From an uncultured Chloroflexota bacterium (GTDB taxonomy: Bacteria; Chloroflexota; Dehalococcoidia; Lucifugimonadales; UBA826): DNA of 64,000 nt. Under the pieces are notes generated by a model that had not been told where the DNA came from, did not search any database, and worked only from the letters and a program-made list of their open reading frames with translations. This document shows positions 33,816-43,445 of this stretch, piece after piece. How positions within the stretch are numbered: position 1 is the first letter of the stretch; each line of letters starts with the position of its first letter. Position numbers and translations under genes: made by a program. The stretch is taken from contig CAJWWP010000002.1 of NCBI GenBank assembly GCA_913048525.1, forward strand, positions 12,426-76,425, read 5' to 3'.

Positions 33816-34658
33816 CTAAACTGCAGTCAGAAATCCGAGTGCAACAAGATCGGGCCCTGCATGTGTTCCTATAACTGGCCCAACTCTTATCACCATGGGA
33901 GTTTTACCTGCTGGTAGCAGGTCGCTTACTTTTCCCGCCACTATTTCTGCGTCTTTTGTATCGGTGCTGTACATGACATAGATCTCTTCGATGTCTCCGA
34001 AAGATCTGATGGCTTGTTCAAGTTTTGATAGTCCTGCTTTTCTAGAACGAGCCTTACCGTATGGCGCTATTTCTCCATTTTCCACAGTGAGAATAGGGCG
34101 TATTTTTAAAAGGCCTCCCAGCAATGACTGCGCCTTGCCAATACGCCCCCCTTTCGCTAGGTATTCCAAGGTGTCTAAGAGTACTATAAATCGACTCCTA
34201 TCTGCCGTAGACTCAGCCGCTGAAATAACTTCCTCGACAGATCCTCCCTGGTTCGCTGTTTGGGCCGCAGCAATTGTGGAGAATCCGAGTGACATTGATA
34301 CCTGTTCGCTATCTACGACGTGGATATTAATTTCGCCCTCGAGATTTTTTGATGCCTGAAGTGCTGAGTTGTAAGTTCCACTAAGTATCTGCGATATATG
34401 AATGGATACTATTTCGTCACCTTCTTTCGCGATTTTTTTATATAGGTCTACAAATTCTCCAATTGAAGGTTGAGACGTGGTTGGATGAATAGGTCCTTCA
34501 ATTAATTTCTCAAAGAACTGATCTGGTGTAATTTCGGTTCCATCTTTAAATACTTCATTAGCGAAATGAACATTTAGGGGAACCACTTCGATTCCGTGTT
34601 CTGATGCCAGTGCTGGTGGTAGGTCAGATGTGCTATCTGTCACTATTCTTATTGTCAT
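33816..34658 (-). CDS. DegV/FakB fatty-acid-binding protein
   Basis: IVTDSTSDL, TTSQPS, LSGTYNSA, YLAKGGRIG, HAGP. Confidence 0.92.
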   Translation of the reverse strand: MTIRIVTDSTSDLPPALASEHGIEVVPLNVHFANEVFKDGTEITPDQFFEKLIEGPIHPTTSQPSIGEFVDLYKKIAKEGDEIVSIHISQILSGTYNSALQASKNLEGEINIHVVDSEQVSMSLGFSTIAAAQTANQGGSVEEVISAAESTADRSRFIVLLDTLEYLAKGGRIGKAQSLLGGLLKIRPILTVENGEIAPYGKARSRKAGLSKLEQAIRSFGDIEEIYVMYSTDTKDAEIVAGKVSDLLPAGKTPMVIRVGPVIGTHAGPDLVALGFLTAV

Positions 34659-34712
34659 TGCAATTACTCCTGGCTATGTTTCGGAAACACTGATATTGGT
34701 AAAAATTATTTT

Positions 34713-36161
34713 TTATGAGGGGTTTTCTGATGCTCGGCTTCTATAGATATCCTGCGCCTCACGAAACAGGGTTTCTATTTCTTGACGTTGGTAATCGTTG
34801 TAAAATCGTCCTTTTCTACGAACCCACTCTAAGGATTCTTCTATTTGTTGCGCGAATTTGAGACTTGCATCGGTTTTTTTAGCGGAAGCTAAGCCAGTCT
34901 TTACGTATATAGGACTTGTGTGAGCGAATTGAGGTTGTAAATAGCTGTCTCTAAAGGAGCTAAACAGCCTTGCCGCTATCCAACCGTCGAATTCTAAATT
35001 CACGTCCATTTTGAAGATCCCCTTAGTGGAACCATCGGGGTATTTTTCTCTACCCACGACCTCGCCATTTTGCACTAATTCAATTATCTGAACAGGATAA
35101 TGTGAAGTCCATTGAACCTGCGCGGCGACACTTTCACCACTTTTTGATTGGATTTCGTCTCCTGGGTTACTGTCGCCAACTTGTATCTTTAGTGAAGGGC
35201 CGTTTGTAATAAAAGTTCGCCCTTTTTTAAATGAATCAAGCCATTCTCCATATTCAAAGTTATTTCCGGTCCATGAGTAGACCCGATTTGATGAGCATAT
35301 GTACCAGTCCGATCCTGTAGAGGCGGGAAGTTTTATTCCTGCGTTTAGCATCTGATAATAAATGTCGTATTCTGTGTCGTTCCAGTAGGGGTCGAATAAA
35401 TTGAAGGCATCAATTTTGCCAAGTGCTGCAGCCACCGGTGCTTCCATACCCTGTCCATTATGACACCATATAACAGTTCCACCTTGCTGATGCGCTACAT
35501 CACATGCATAGGAAAGAGGTGGATAATCGGGCTCAAAGGCATCTACAAGTAATCCCCGACTTAGTGGGTCCACAACGTTGCGTATGTCTAGGAGCATGAT
35601 GTGTCCGTAGCCGATTTCCCATGGTTTCTGGTTATGCCGACTTTCTTCGCCATTTTGTACGTAGTGGTGATCCGAAGAGAAATCGTTCAAGAATCCTATG
35701 GGGTACTTATTAGTGGAATAATTTAAATCCCATCTTTTTAACACGCTAACTGCTGTCATTCGAAGATTTTCTACACGCGGGTCTAAATGCAGCCGTTCGT
35801 CAGGCCTATTCTCCTTTTCGTCGTAATGTATGTGGGTATTTCCTGGATGCCAGCCTTGCTCCTGTAAGTCGTTCCAGCGTGAGAGTTCAATTTCAATCGA
35901 CTTGTTACTTTTGGGAGAAGATTCTAGGTAAATTGTTTCGGGGGTGTATTCGGTGCCTCTTTCCACGGTGATTCTTGTGTTTCCCCGATTCACGTCTACT
36001 TCGAAGCTCCCGTCTGTGTAAAAAAATGGCTGGCCAGGGCCCACCTTTTGGATGGCTTTTTTAGGGTGGACGTAATTGCCAGACGAATCAATTACTTGAG
36101 CTTTTGCATTTATGGTGCCACCAGTTTCTGAATCAATAATTGTTGCCCTAATTTTCCCCAT
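34713..36161 (-). CDS. CehA/McbA-type PHP-fold metallohydrolase
   Basis: VERGTEY, GNTHIHY, GYGH, WCHNG, ASTGSDW, GRTFITNGP, FAHTSPIY. Confidence 0.7.
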   Translation of the reverse strand: MGKIRATIIDSETGGTINAKAQVIDSSGNYVHPKKAIQKVGPGQPFFYTDGSFEVDVNRGNTRITVERGTEYTPETIYLESSPKSNKSIEIELSRWNDLQEQGWHPGNTHIHYDEKENRPDERLHLDPRVENLRMTAVSVLKRWDLNYSTNKYPIGFLNDFSSDHHYVQNGEESRHNQKPWEIGYGHIMLLDIRNVVDPLSRGLLVDAFEPDYPPLSYACDVAHQQGGTVIWCHNGQGMEAPVAAALGKIDAFNLFDPYWNDTEYDIYYQMLNAGIKLPASTGSDWYICSSNRVYSWTGNNFEYGEWLDSFKKGRTFITNGPSLKIQVGDSNPGDEIQSKSGESVAAQVQWTSHYPVQIIELVQNGEVVGREKYPDGSTKGIFKMDVNLEFDGWIAARLFSSFRDSYLQPQFAHTSPIYVKTGLASAKKTDASLKFAQQIEESLEWVRRKGRFYNDYQRQEIETLFREAQDIYRSRASENPS

Positions 36162-36381
36162 AGTGCACCTCCTAGTGCACGCATTATATGGAAATGAGAT
36201 TGGCTTTGGGTTGAACCCTTTCTAATTGCGATTCTAGCCGCGCGTCTTGGTTAAATAAGTTTCACCTGGTATATGGACTAAGTTGGAGTTTTATTCTGTA
36301 TAATGAATAAAATTTCTAGACTTACCAAGATGGTTTTTGTAATGTACACCCTTGGTTTTTTAGGCATATGGGGGCGATAAA

Positions 36382-36597
36382 ATGAACATTGATAAACTTC
36401 TTGTCGAATGCAGGTCTGATGACTTAGCCCATGCACTCCGAGAACTTGGGCTACCTGTTACTGGGACGAAACCTCAAAGAATTGAGAGACTTGTACAGCA
36501 TCATGCAGGCGGAGGTGCGACCTCCGATATACTTGGGGCTCTGAAACCGGAGGATCTGAGGAGAGCTGCTAAAGCTATAGAATTTGAAGGAGCCTAA
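36382..36597 (+). CDS. small SAP/HeH-like motif protein
   Basis: DLAHALRELGLPVTGTKPQRIERL matches the SAP pattern; purine-rich SD GGGGG; 19 nt upstream of uxuA. Confidence 0.65.
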   Translation: MNIDKLLVECRSDDLAHALRELGLPVTGTKPQRIERLVQHHAGGGATSDILGALKPEDLRRAAKAIEFEGA

Positions 36598-36616
36598 AGC
36601 CAACAAGGAATAAGGT

Positions 36617-37588
36617 ATGAGAGTAGGATTCGGACAATTTGATCAGCCTACTCCACAGTATTTTAGGTTTGCGGCCCAGTACGGGGCTACCGATATATTG
36701 ATGAATTTCAATCGTGGTACGCCCTTTCCAAGTTTGGGAGGACGTTGGGAGCTTGCCGATCTCGTCAAACTTCGTATTAGTGCAGAGCAGTATGGACTTA
36801 AATTTTCTGCGATAGAAAATGTTCCTGCTCACTTCTATGACCATATCATGTTAGGTGGACCACACAGAGATCAACAGATTGAGAACATGATATATACGGT
36901 TCGGAATATCGCTAGGGCTGGTATACCAATCTTTGGCTACAACTGGATGCCTTCCATGGTTTGGAGAACAAGACCACAACATATAAGGTGTGGAGCTCTT
37001 GCAACTGCTTTTGATTATGAGGAGGCAAAAAGAGCGCCCCTGACTCATGGGCACATTTATTCAGAAGAGGATATGTGGGAAAACCTAGAGTATTGGATAA
37101 AGATAATCACTCCTATCGCTGAAGAGGAAGGAATTAGATTGGGTATCCATCCTTGTGACCCTCCTGTCGAGCAATTGGGGGGAGTCCCGCAGCTTCTACG
37201 TAGCTTCAATTCGTACAAACGACTGATAAATATCGTTGAATCTCCCAGCAATGCCATCGAATTCTGTCAGGGAACGTTTTCCGAGATGGAAGGCGACAAC
37301 ATTTATGAAATGATCCGTTATTTTGGAGAGCGTGAAAAGATTCTTTACGTCCACTTTCGTAATGTTTCGGGTCAGGTTCCAAAATTCCACGAGGAATTTA
37401 TAAATACCGGTTATGTTGATATGTACAAAGCAATGACAATTTACCAAGACGTAGGCTTTGATGGATTTTTTATTGACGATCATGTCCCGAATACTTTTCA
37501 AGATACAGAATGGGGACATCGAGGTCGAGCTTTTGCCAACGGCTACATTCAAGGGTTAATAGAAGCTGTTGCTAAGGGGTCTAAATGA
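36617..37588 (+). CDS. uxuA: mannonate dehydratase
   Basis: AIENVP, GYNWMP, AEEEGIRLGIHPCDPP, YVHFRNV, DHVP, AFANGYIQGL. Confidence 0.88.
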   Translation: MRVGFGQFDQPTPQYFRFAAQYGATDILMNFNRGTPFPSLGGRWELADLVKLRISAEQYGLKFSAIENVPAHFYDHIMLGGPHRDQQIENMIYTVRNIARAGIPIFGYNWMPSMVWRTRPQHIRCGALATAFDYEEAKRAPLTHGHIYSEEDMWENLEYWIKIITPIAEEEGIRLGIHPCDPPVEQLGGVPQLLRSFNSYKRLINIVESPSNAIEFCQGTFSEMEGDNIYEMIRYFGEREKILYVHFRNVSGQVPKFHEEFINTGYVDMYKAMTIYQDVGFDGFFIDDHVPNTFQDTEWGHRGRAFANGYIQGLIEAVAKGSK

Positions 37589-37715
37589 CCCTTTATAAAC
37601 TTGCACAGAGAGCTATAGCGCATCTGAATTAACCGCAGTTATTTTTCTAAAAAAAGCAATTATTCGATAGATATTTATATTTACAGGCTATTATATGCTG
37701 TATTAAAGTCATAAT

Positions 37716-38477
37716 ATGGCGAGACAATTTTCGGATCCGCTTAAAATCTCTCGGGCACTTGAACTGCATGTTCAAGGGTCCAAACTTTCTGTTATTAGAG
37801 ATAGGATTAAGGGGATCGACGGGACTCCTAGTCTAAGAACTCTTAGTGGATGGCTAAATAAATTTCGACGGGTTGATTCCGAGAATATTGATGCCGACAA
37901 ACCTATCGAATGGCGCCATATTGGATTTAATGGTTTGCCATGGGATTCATCGTCGTATCTCGCCACCCTCAACTCTTCTGGGGTTTTACCGTCTTTGAGA
38001 AGAGCACGTTGGTGGTGGCGAATTCACATTACGGCGCCAGATTTATCGGAGTCTGAGGTCATATCAATTGCCGACGACTGTGTACTCTTAGAGCATATGG
38101 AACTATTAACCATAAATTTGTCTTCCTCATATCCTGTGACTTGGGAAAATATTTGGAAAAGAGTAAGTGTGGGTGGGGGAGGCGATTCGGGAGGTGATAT
38201 ACGACTGGAGGAATCTTACGCCGTATGCAGGTTTGATCATGAACAAATATTGCCCGGCTGGATTGGAAGTGATGGAATCGTTTCAATAACTCGTAGTAGT
38301 TCTGGAGTAACCGTCATATGTCCCGATAAGGAGATACCATCTGATGCTCCGGTTTCTAGAGGGTGGATTGGATATCGATTAGCCAAGAGTAGGGATAATA
38401 TTCAAAGCGCAGGAAAGATGGTTGTATCAAGTTGGGACTCAATTTATTTATTTTGTCCCCCGACTAGCTTAAGCTGA
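37716..38477 (+). CDS. hypothetical protein: N-terminal HTH-like region fused to a CASTOR/ACT-like C-terminal module
   Basis: N-term PSLRTLSGWLNKFR; Gly linker; C-term YAVCRF..PGW..SITRSSSGVTVICP..GW. Confidence 0.65.
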   Translation: MARQFSDPLKISRALELHVQGSKLSVIRDRIKGIDGTPSLRTLSGWLNKFRRVDSENIDADKPIEWRHIGFNGLPWDSSSYLATLNSSGVLPSLRRARWWWRIHITAPDLSESEVISIADDCVLLEHMELLTINLSSSYPVTWENIWKRVSVGGGGDSGGDIRLEESYAVCRFDHEQILPGWIGSDGIVSITRSSSGVTVICPDKEIPSDAPVSRGWIGYRLAKSRDNIQSAGKMVVSSWDSIYLFCPPTSLS

Positions 38478-38515
38478 CACGTTTGCTACATCTTGGTGGA
38501 GGCTGTTTTTAGATT

Positions 38516-39079
38516 TCAGTCATCTTTGTCGTCGTCTGGAATGTCAGGTAGACCAGGAAGATTGGTATAAGTTCTAATGTGCTCAGCGAATTTTTGTGAA
38601 TCACTCAAGTAAGAAAGTTTTGCTTGTCTTCGGTCGTCAAACACTATTCCAATTTCTGAGTATCCTAATGTCCTTCCCAGCATTCCGGGTTTCTCTTCCA
38701 GATGCAGCATAGTGTCAAACCCAAGGCGATAGGTTTTCCGCTTCTGTATTACTGGTAGACCCACCATGGTCAGATATAAGGAATCTTCAGAAAGGTAGTA
38801 AACCGTTTGTTTCCACCGTAGGTATCGGGGGCCGGCTATTCCAACAATAAGTAACATGGGTATTAGGCCCATTGTCAAGAAATCAAAAAATACAACCACT
38901 AACAATAGTCCAATCCAGACGGTAGAGGGTAACATCCAAGCCCAGTGAGACTGACGGTACGATACTGTATTTTCGGGTATTGACTCGACCTCGAGAGATA
39001 TAGGGGCTTCTTCTTTTGCAGCCTCCGTGTCACTTGTTTCTAAGGGTTCCGAATTGTCTGATTCGCTTTTGTCGTTCAC
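38516..39079 (-). CDS. bacterial PH-domain (bPH_2-like) membrane protein
   Basis: Two TM segments then RW..TVYYL..LGRTLGYSEI. Confidence 0.6.
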   Translation of the reverse strand: MNDKSESDNSEPLETSDTEAAKEEAPISLEVESIPENTVSYRQSHWAWMLPSTVWIGLLLVVVFFDFLTMGLIPMLLIVGIAGPRYLRWKQTVYYLSEDSLYLTMVGLPVIQKRKTYRLGFDTMLHLEEKPGMLGRTLGYSEIGIVFDDRRQAKLSYLSDSQKFAEHIRTYTNLPGLPDIPDDDKDD

Positions 39080-39151
39080 TTTGGCTCCATTTAGTTGTTT
39101 GTCAGTATTTTGAAGAAATTTGGCATTCTAACAACGAGAGCGAGATTAGAG

Positions 39152-39226
39152 TGGCTCCGCAGGCTGGATTCGAACCAGCGACCGATCGGTTAACAGCCGA
39201 TTGCTCTACCACTGAGCTACTGCGGA
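39152..39226 (-). tRNA. tRNA-Asn (GTT)
   Basis: Reverse complement TCCGCAG...ATCGG-CTGTTAA-CCGAT...GGTTCGAATCC...CTGCGGA-G-CCA. Confidence 0.96.
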
Positions 39227-39466
39227 ACGTGGTGCATAATGTCAACACGATAAACTCTGTTTAACTCGAGGGTTAGTTGGGCAACATTACAGTTCTGGCA
39301 GCCCTTTTACTTTATCGTGTACTCTCACATCAACTCTGACAGTCTACTACGATTGTCATGCAGTGCGATATGCCAGTCAACCAATGAAATTTGATGCGAT
39401 TGATGGAATTCCCTACAGGATTTTTTTGAGTTGTTACATATATTGGTAACAATAAGTCAGTTAGAG

Positions 39467-40321
39467 TTAAATATCTGTTCGTTCGGTAACAGTTGCTATT
39501 CGAAATATGGTTCGGTGTCGTATCTGAGCAATGTCGTTGCTGTCAGTATCTTGAAGTAGGACGTCAAATTCTATGTATTGATGTCCTTTACGTTCGTACG
39601 CATCTATCACTTCTGCTCCGCCCACTAGTTTTGTTCCAAGGGGTATAGATGAGTGATGCTTGACCAAGCTTTTGGTGTGCATTGAGGTTGGTATATCAAA
39701 GTTGTGGCGCATGAGTCCTTCGGCCCAACCCGCAACCCATGACGGATGGGCTATAGGCGTATATCCTTGAGAATAAGCAAAGATAGGGTCCGAGGTTAGC
39801 CGATTCTTGTGCTTGATTTCCTCGTAAGTATCTTCATTGAATTCCAGTTGAAGGGCTGTCCAACTTGTCGAATTCTTAGCCCGCTTCAAAGTCAGAGGTT
39901 TTTTCCCCACCACGTCGGAAGGAGACATATTTATAGGCCTTGTAAGTGTATTCTCCCAGGAAGCCTCTCCAATTCCTATTTTTCCGACTACAGAGAGGTC
40001 ACCAGACTGATTCTGTATCGCGACATTCCATGAGTTTGTGAAATCTTCTGTACTAGATTCGACGGTAATGGTGAGAACATTTCCAGGAAAAACCGGTTTG
40101 CGAAACGAATACTCAGCCCATCCTTCGCTAAGCCAATTATTTCCAATAGCTTCAATGATTGTGTCCGTTGCCCAGCCCCAAACCGTGACGCCGCCAATTA
40201 ATGGACCTTCATATCCATAAGCACGGGCTATCTCAGTGGAATGGATGGGATTTTCTATGTCAGGACTATCATCGTTGTCTAAATAGGCCGTAACGACATT
40301 ACTTACTTTGTGCCTTTCCAT
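39467..40321 (-). CDS. MaoC-like double hot-dog fold protein
   Basis: ENPIHSTEIARAYGYEGPLIGG (NPIH hydratase-like motif), FRKPVFPG, YERKGH. Confidence 0.65.
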   Translation of the reverse strand: MERHKVSNVVTAYLDNDDSPDIENPIHSTEIARAYGYEGPLIGGVTVWGWATDTIIEAIGNNWLSEGWAEYSFRKPVFPGNVLTITVESSTEDFTNSWNVAIQNQSGDLSVVGKIGIGEASWENTLTRPINMSPSDVVGKKPLTLKRAKNSTSWTALQLEFNEDTYEEIKHKNRLTSDPIFAYSQGYTPIAHPSWVAGWAEGLMRHNFDIPTSMHTKSLVKHHSSIPLGTKLVGGAEVIDAYERKGHQYIEFDVLLQDTDSNDIAQIRHRTIFRIATVTERTDI

Positions 40322-40348
40322 GCGATCCTGTACCTATTTGTGTGATTT

Positions 40349-40774
40349 CTAATGCCTTAATAGGCCGTAAATTTTTTCTGGATTTACTAATACGATTACG
40401 GCTTTTTGGTTTACCATCGCCTCGTCGTATTCGTCCCAATCGGGATGTTCTGTGTCGGAACACGCCATGTACAGCTCACGTAATAATGGCTTGAGAATTT
40501 TCGCATCTGTGTTGCCATAGTCCATAAGTTCAGCCTTACCTTCGACAACCACGTATTCACGCCAGTTGGGCGTTACAGTTAGGATGGTACAGTGTGGATT
40601 ACGTTTCAAGTTTCTGACTTTCTGGGATTTTGGATATACGGACACGAAAGCTGCTTTGTTTCTGAATACTCCCGAAACAACAATGCTCGAGTGAATATCA
40701 CCGTCCAAACGTTTTGTACCCACCACACCATTATGGTTTTTCTCCAGAAATGGAATGGCTTCTTGGAAGTTCAT
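40349..40774 (-). CDS. PPOX class split-barrel (F420/flavin-dependent) protein
   Basis: T.R.DG, KVRNLKRNP, YVVVEG, EHPDWDEYDEAM. Confidence 0.82.
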   Translation of the reverse strand: MNFQEAIPFLEKNHNGVVGTKRLDGDIHSSIVVSGVFRNKAAFVSVYPKSQKVRNLKRNPHCTILTVTPNWREYVVVEGKAELMDYGNTDAKILKPLLRELYMACSDTEHPDWDEYDEAMVNQKAVIVLVNPEKIYGLLRH

Positions 40775-40795
40775 AGGTGTCAGCCTTCTCTTTCA

Positions 40796-41830
40796 TTAAT
40801 CTTGATGGATTTGCACTTTCACCGAGCCAGTTGTTTTATCGTAGGCCGTTTCAAATCCCTTTTGTATCTCGTCCAGAGGGTACACGTGGGTTACCATTTG
40901 TTTGAGGCTAAAATCGGGATCGCCAAACATTTCTATCGATTTTTCAAAATCATGTACACCGTCGATCAGCCCATAACAGATTGAACCCTGTACTGTTTGC
41001 TCTTTTAACACCGGTTTGTTCCAGTCGATAGCTTGGTTGCCATAAAATACTCCCAAGATTACAACCCTACCTTGGCGTCTGGTTACTTCAAATGATTGTA
41101 GAAGGGTTTCGTTGCGGCTTCCTCCTACTGTTTCAATAGTTAAGTCTGCACCACGTCCTTCGGTATGGCTCAGCACCAATTGTTCAAATTCATCTCCCTC
41201 GGACCCACAGGTGTCGTCGGCGCCAAGGGACTTAGCCATCTCAGATTGTTGCTTGTGTCGAGAGGTAGCCAATATTTTCCCTGCACCGAGTTTTCGTGCC
41301 GCAGCTATAGCAGTTAGTCCGATTGTGCCGGAACCTACAACTGCGACCGTCTCACCCCCTTTTAATCCCCCTAGACGAACCCCGTGTACTGAAACAGCCA
41401 GAGGTTCAACTAGAGCACCTTCGGCCCAAGTCATAGAGTCGCCCAATTTGTAGCATCCTCCAATCTTTCTCACAACATATTCAGCGAACCCTCCGCTAGA
41501 TGGACCTTCTCGGTCAGGACAATGGATGTATTGGCCCTGTCGGCAATACCAGCAGTTATTGCAAGACCTTCCTGTCCCCAATACTTCCACGGCAACCCGT
41601 TCTCCAATAAAACTTTTATTTACGTTTTTGCCCACTTCAACAATTTCTCCTGCCACTTCATGCCCGGCAGGATGATCGTCGGCAGCCGTTTTTGCCTTGT
41701 TCATATTGAGATCAGAACCACAAATGCCAGTGGCTTTTAATTGGACGATCACTTCTCCTGTCTCGGCCGTTGGATCAGGGTAGTCGCTGACTTGCATTTT
41801 CCCTGATCCGTCATAGAAAGCTGCTTTCAT
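40796..41830 (-). CDS. Zn-dependent MDR alcohol/polyol dehydrogenase
   Basis: GICGSD, GHE, CNNCWYC..C, EPLAV, GSGTIG. Confidence 0.9.
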   Translation of the reverse strand: MKAAFYDGSGKMQVSDYPDPTAETGEVIVQLKATGICGSDLNMNKAKTAADDHPAGHEVAGEIVEVGKNVNKSFIGERVAVEVLGTGRSCNNCWYCRQGQYIHCPDREGPSSGGFAEYVVRKIGGCYKLGDSMTWAEGALVEPLAVSVHGVRLGGLKGGETVAVVGSGTIGLTAIAAARKLGAGKILATSRHKQQSEMAKSLGADDTCGSEGDEFEQLVLSHTEGRGADLTIETVGGSRNETLLQSFEVTRRQGRVVILGVFYGNQAIDWNKPVLKEQTVQGSICYGLIDGVHDFEKSIEMFGDPDFSLKQMVTHVYPLDEIQKGFETAYDKTTGSVKVQIHQD

Positions 41831-41860
41831 TGGAAGCTCCTAGTCGTGAATTATTTAATT

Positions 41861-42103
41861 TCAATTACCAAATAAGCCTGTCCCAACGCGAAACACGAAA
41901 AATCCCAGGAGAAATATTATTGCCGCAGGGATTAAACATCCGATGCAACCAAGTTGCCAGCGAAGTACATAAGATTGCCGGGGACCATCTAGGTTATGTA
42001 ATCTGAATGCACTGGGTTGTTTAGGTTCCTTATAGCCATCTTCCGATTTTACAATTTCGCCTTCAATAGGTTTTGAATCTACGGGTTCGTCTTTGTCCAT
42101 CAT
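41861..42103 (-). CDS. small hypothetical membrane protein
   Basis: 80 aa, C-terminal hydrophobic helix after GCIGC; co-oriented within the gene run. Confidence 0.55.
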   Translation of the reverse strand: MMDKDEPVDSKPIEGEIVKSEDGYKEPKQPSAFRLHNLDGPRQSYVLRWQLGCIGCLIPAAIIFLLGFFVFRVGTGLFGN

Positions 42104-42131
42104 AATTCAGAAAACTCGGTATCCTCTAGAT

Positions 42132-43445
42132 TCAATGAGAGGAAATGGTATTTTTGGAAATAAGAGCCTCAAGGTCACCAGATGAATATCCTAGGTCGTT
42201 GGAAAGTATCGACTTAGTATGTTCGCCAACAAGTGGAGGCCTAAAGGCATTCCAAGGTGATTTAGTGAATCTATATGGTCTGCCAACATATTTGAAGCTA
42301 ACTGTTTTTCCTATCTCTGGATGTGGCATATCGGTAAACATTTGTCGATCTTCAGCGAAGTGAGGATCGTCAAGGTTTTCTTCAGGTGACCTCACTTGTC
42401 CCCATGGAAATTTTAATTTTTGCGCACCCCTGTAGATTTCTTCAGATGTGTGAGCAGCGATAAATCTACGCACTACCTCAAAAGCGTGGTCGGAGTCGGT
42501 AGTATCGGTGGCCATACGCATACCCCTGCTCCCACCTCTGGCCATATCCTTATATCTCTCCTCTTGTAAGTCCTCTGCCATGCCTGCTTCTGCCATCCAT
42601 CCAACCAGTGATAGCCAGGAATGAAGGTTATTAAAAAGTTGAAACACTATGAGGTATTTACCGTCAGATGTTTTACACAATGATTTTGGAGTAGGGGTAG
42701 CTGAATGGTGCCTTCCGGTTTGCCTAAAAACGGTTGCTCCCAGGTATAAATAGGATGGCAGAGCATGTTCTGTTGTGGAATTACATGCTTCATGGGCGGA
42801 GGCGTCTATGTACTGCCCTTTCCCTGAAAAATCCCTGTTGAATAGAGCTGCAAGAGTTCCAATGAGACCATAATGAGAAGCGATTTTGTTACCGTGATCG
42901 CCACTGGGTCTGATTGGTGGGCTACCTGGTACATCATCGTAGCCACAGGAATGCATAATCCCACCCATGGCCAAAGCCACAATGTCCGGCGATTTGTAGT
43001 TCCTGTAGGGGCCGTCCTGGCCAAAGGCCGTCAAGGAGGTCATCACTAGCCTCTGGTTCCTGTCAGATAAGTCCCTGTAGCCTAATCCCAAAGACGGAAG
43101 GTAGCCGGGCGCAAAATCTTCCAGCACTACGTCCGCAGTGGAAGCAAGTGCCTTGATGATTTTCTGTCCCTCAGAGTCTTCTATGTTGATCTCTAAACTC
43201 TCTTTTGAGGTATTGTGCGACCAGAAATACAAACTGCGGTCGGGATGAGGCTCGTCGTCCATAAAGGGACCTATTTGCCTTTCAGCTGACCCTCCCATGG
43301 GTTCAATTTTTATAACTCGAGCGCCCATATCTCCCATGAGTTTTCCCATAAAATGCCCTCTGGCACCGCATAACTCGATGACAGTTATACCCTCAAGTGC
43401 GCCTTCTGTTTTCGATGAAGGTGTTTGAGGTGAAGGGATACTCAT
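42132..43445 (-). CDS. family III CoA-transferase (CaiB/BaiF), probably the non-catalytic subunit
   Basis: GDMGARVIKIEP, ADVVLEDF, FGQDGPY, PPLVGEHT; no Asp at the expected catalytic position (SGDHGNKIA). Confidence 0.85.
   Translation of the reverse strand: MSIPSPQTPSSKTEGALEGITVIELCGARGHFMGKLMGDMGARVIKIEPMGGSAERQIGPFMDDEPHPDRSLYFWSHNTSKESLEINIEDSEGQKIIKALASTADVVLEDFAPGYLPSLGLGYRDLSDRNQRLVMTSLTAFGQDGPYRNYKSPDIVALAMGGIMHSCGYDDVPGSPPIRPSGDHGNKIASHYGLIGTLAALFNRDFSGKGQYIDASAHEACNSTTEHALPSYLYLGATVFRQTGRHHSATPTPKSLCKTSDGKYLIVFQLFNNLHSWLSLVGWMAEAGMAEDLQEERYKDMARGGSRGMRMATDTTDSDHAFEVVRRFIAAHTSEEIYRGAQKLKFPWGQVRSPEENLDDPHFAEDRQMFTDMPHPEIGKTVSFKYVGRPYRFTKSPWNAFRPPLVGEHTKSILSNDLGYSSGDLEALISKNTISSH

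Noticed and set aside
29317-39151. Genomic island between tRNA-Gly and tRNA-Asn
   Set aside because: No integrase, no duplicated tRNA 3' end seen, and composition and gene types resemble the flanks.
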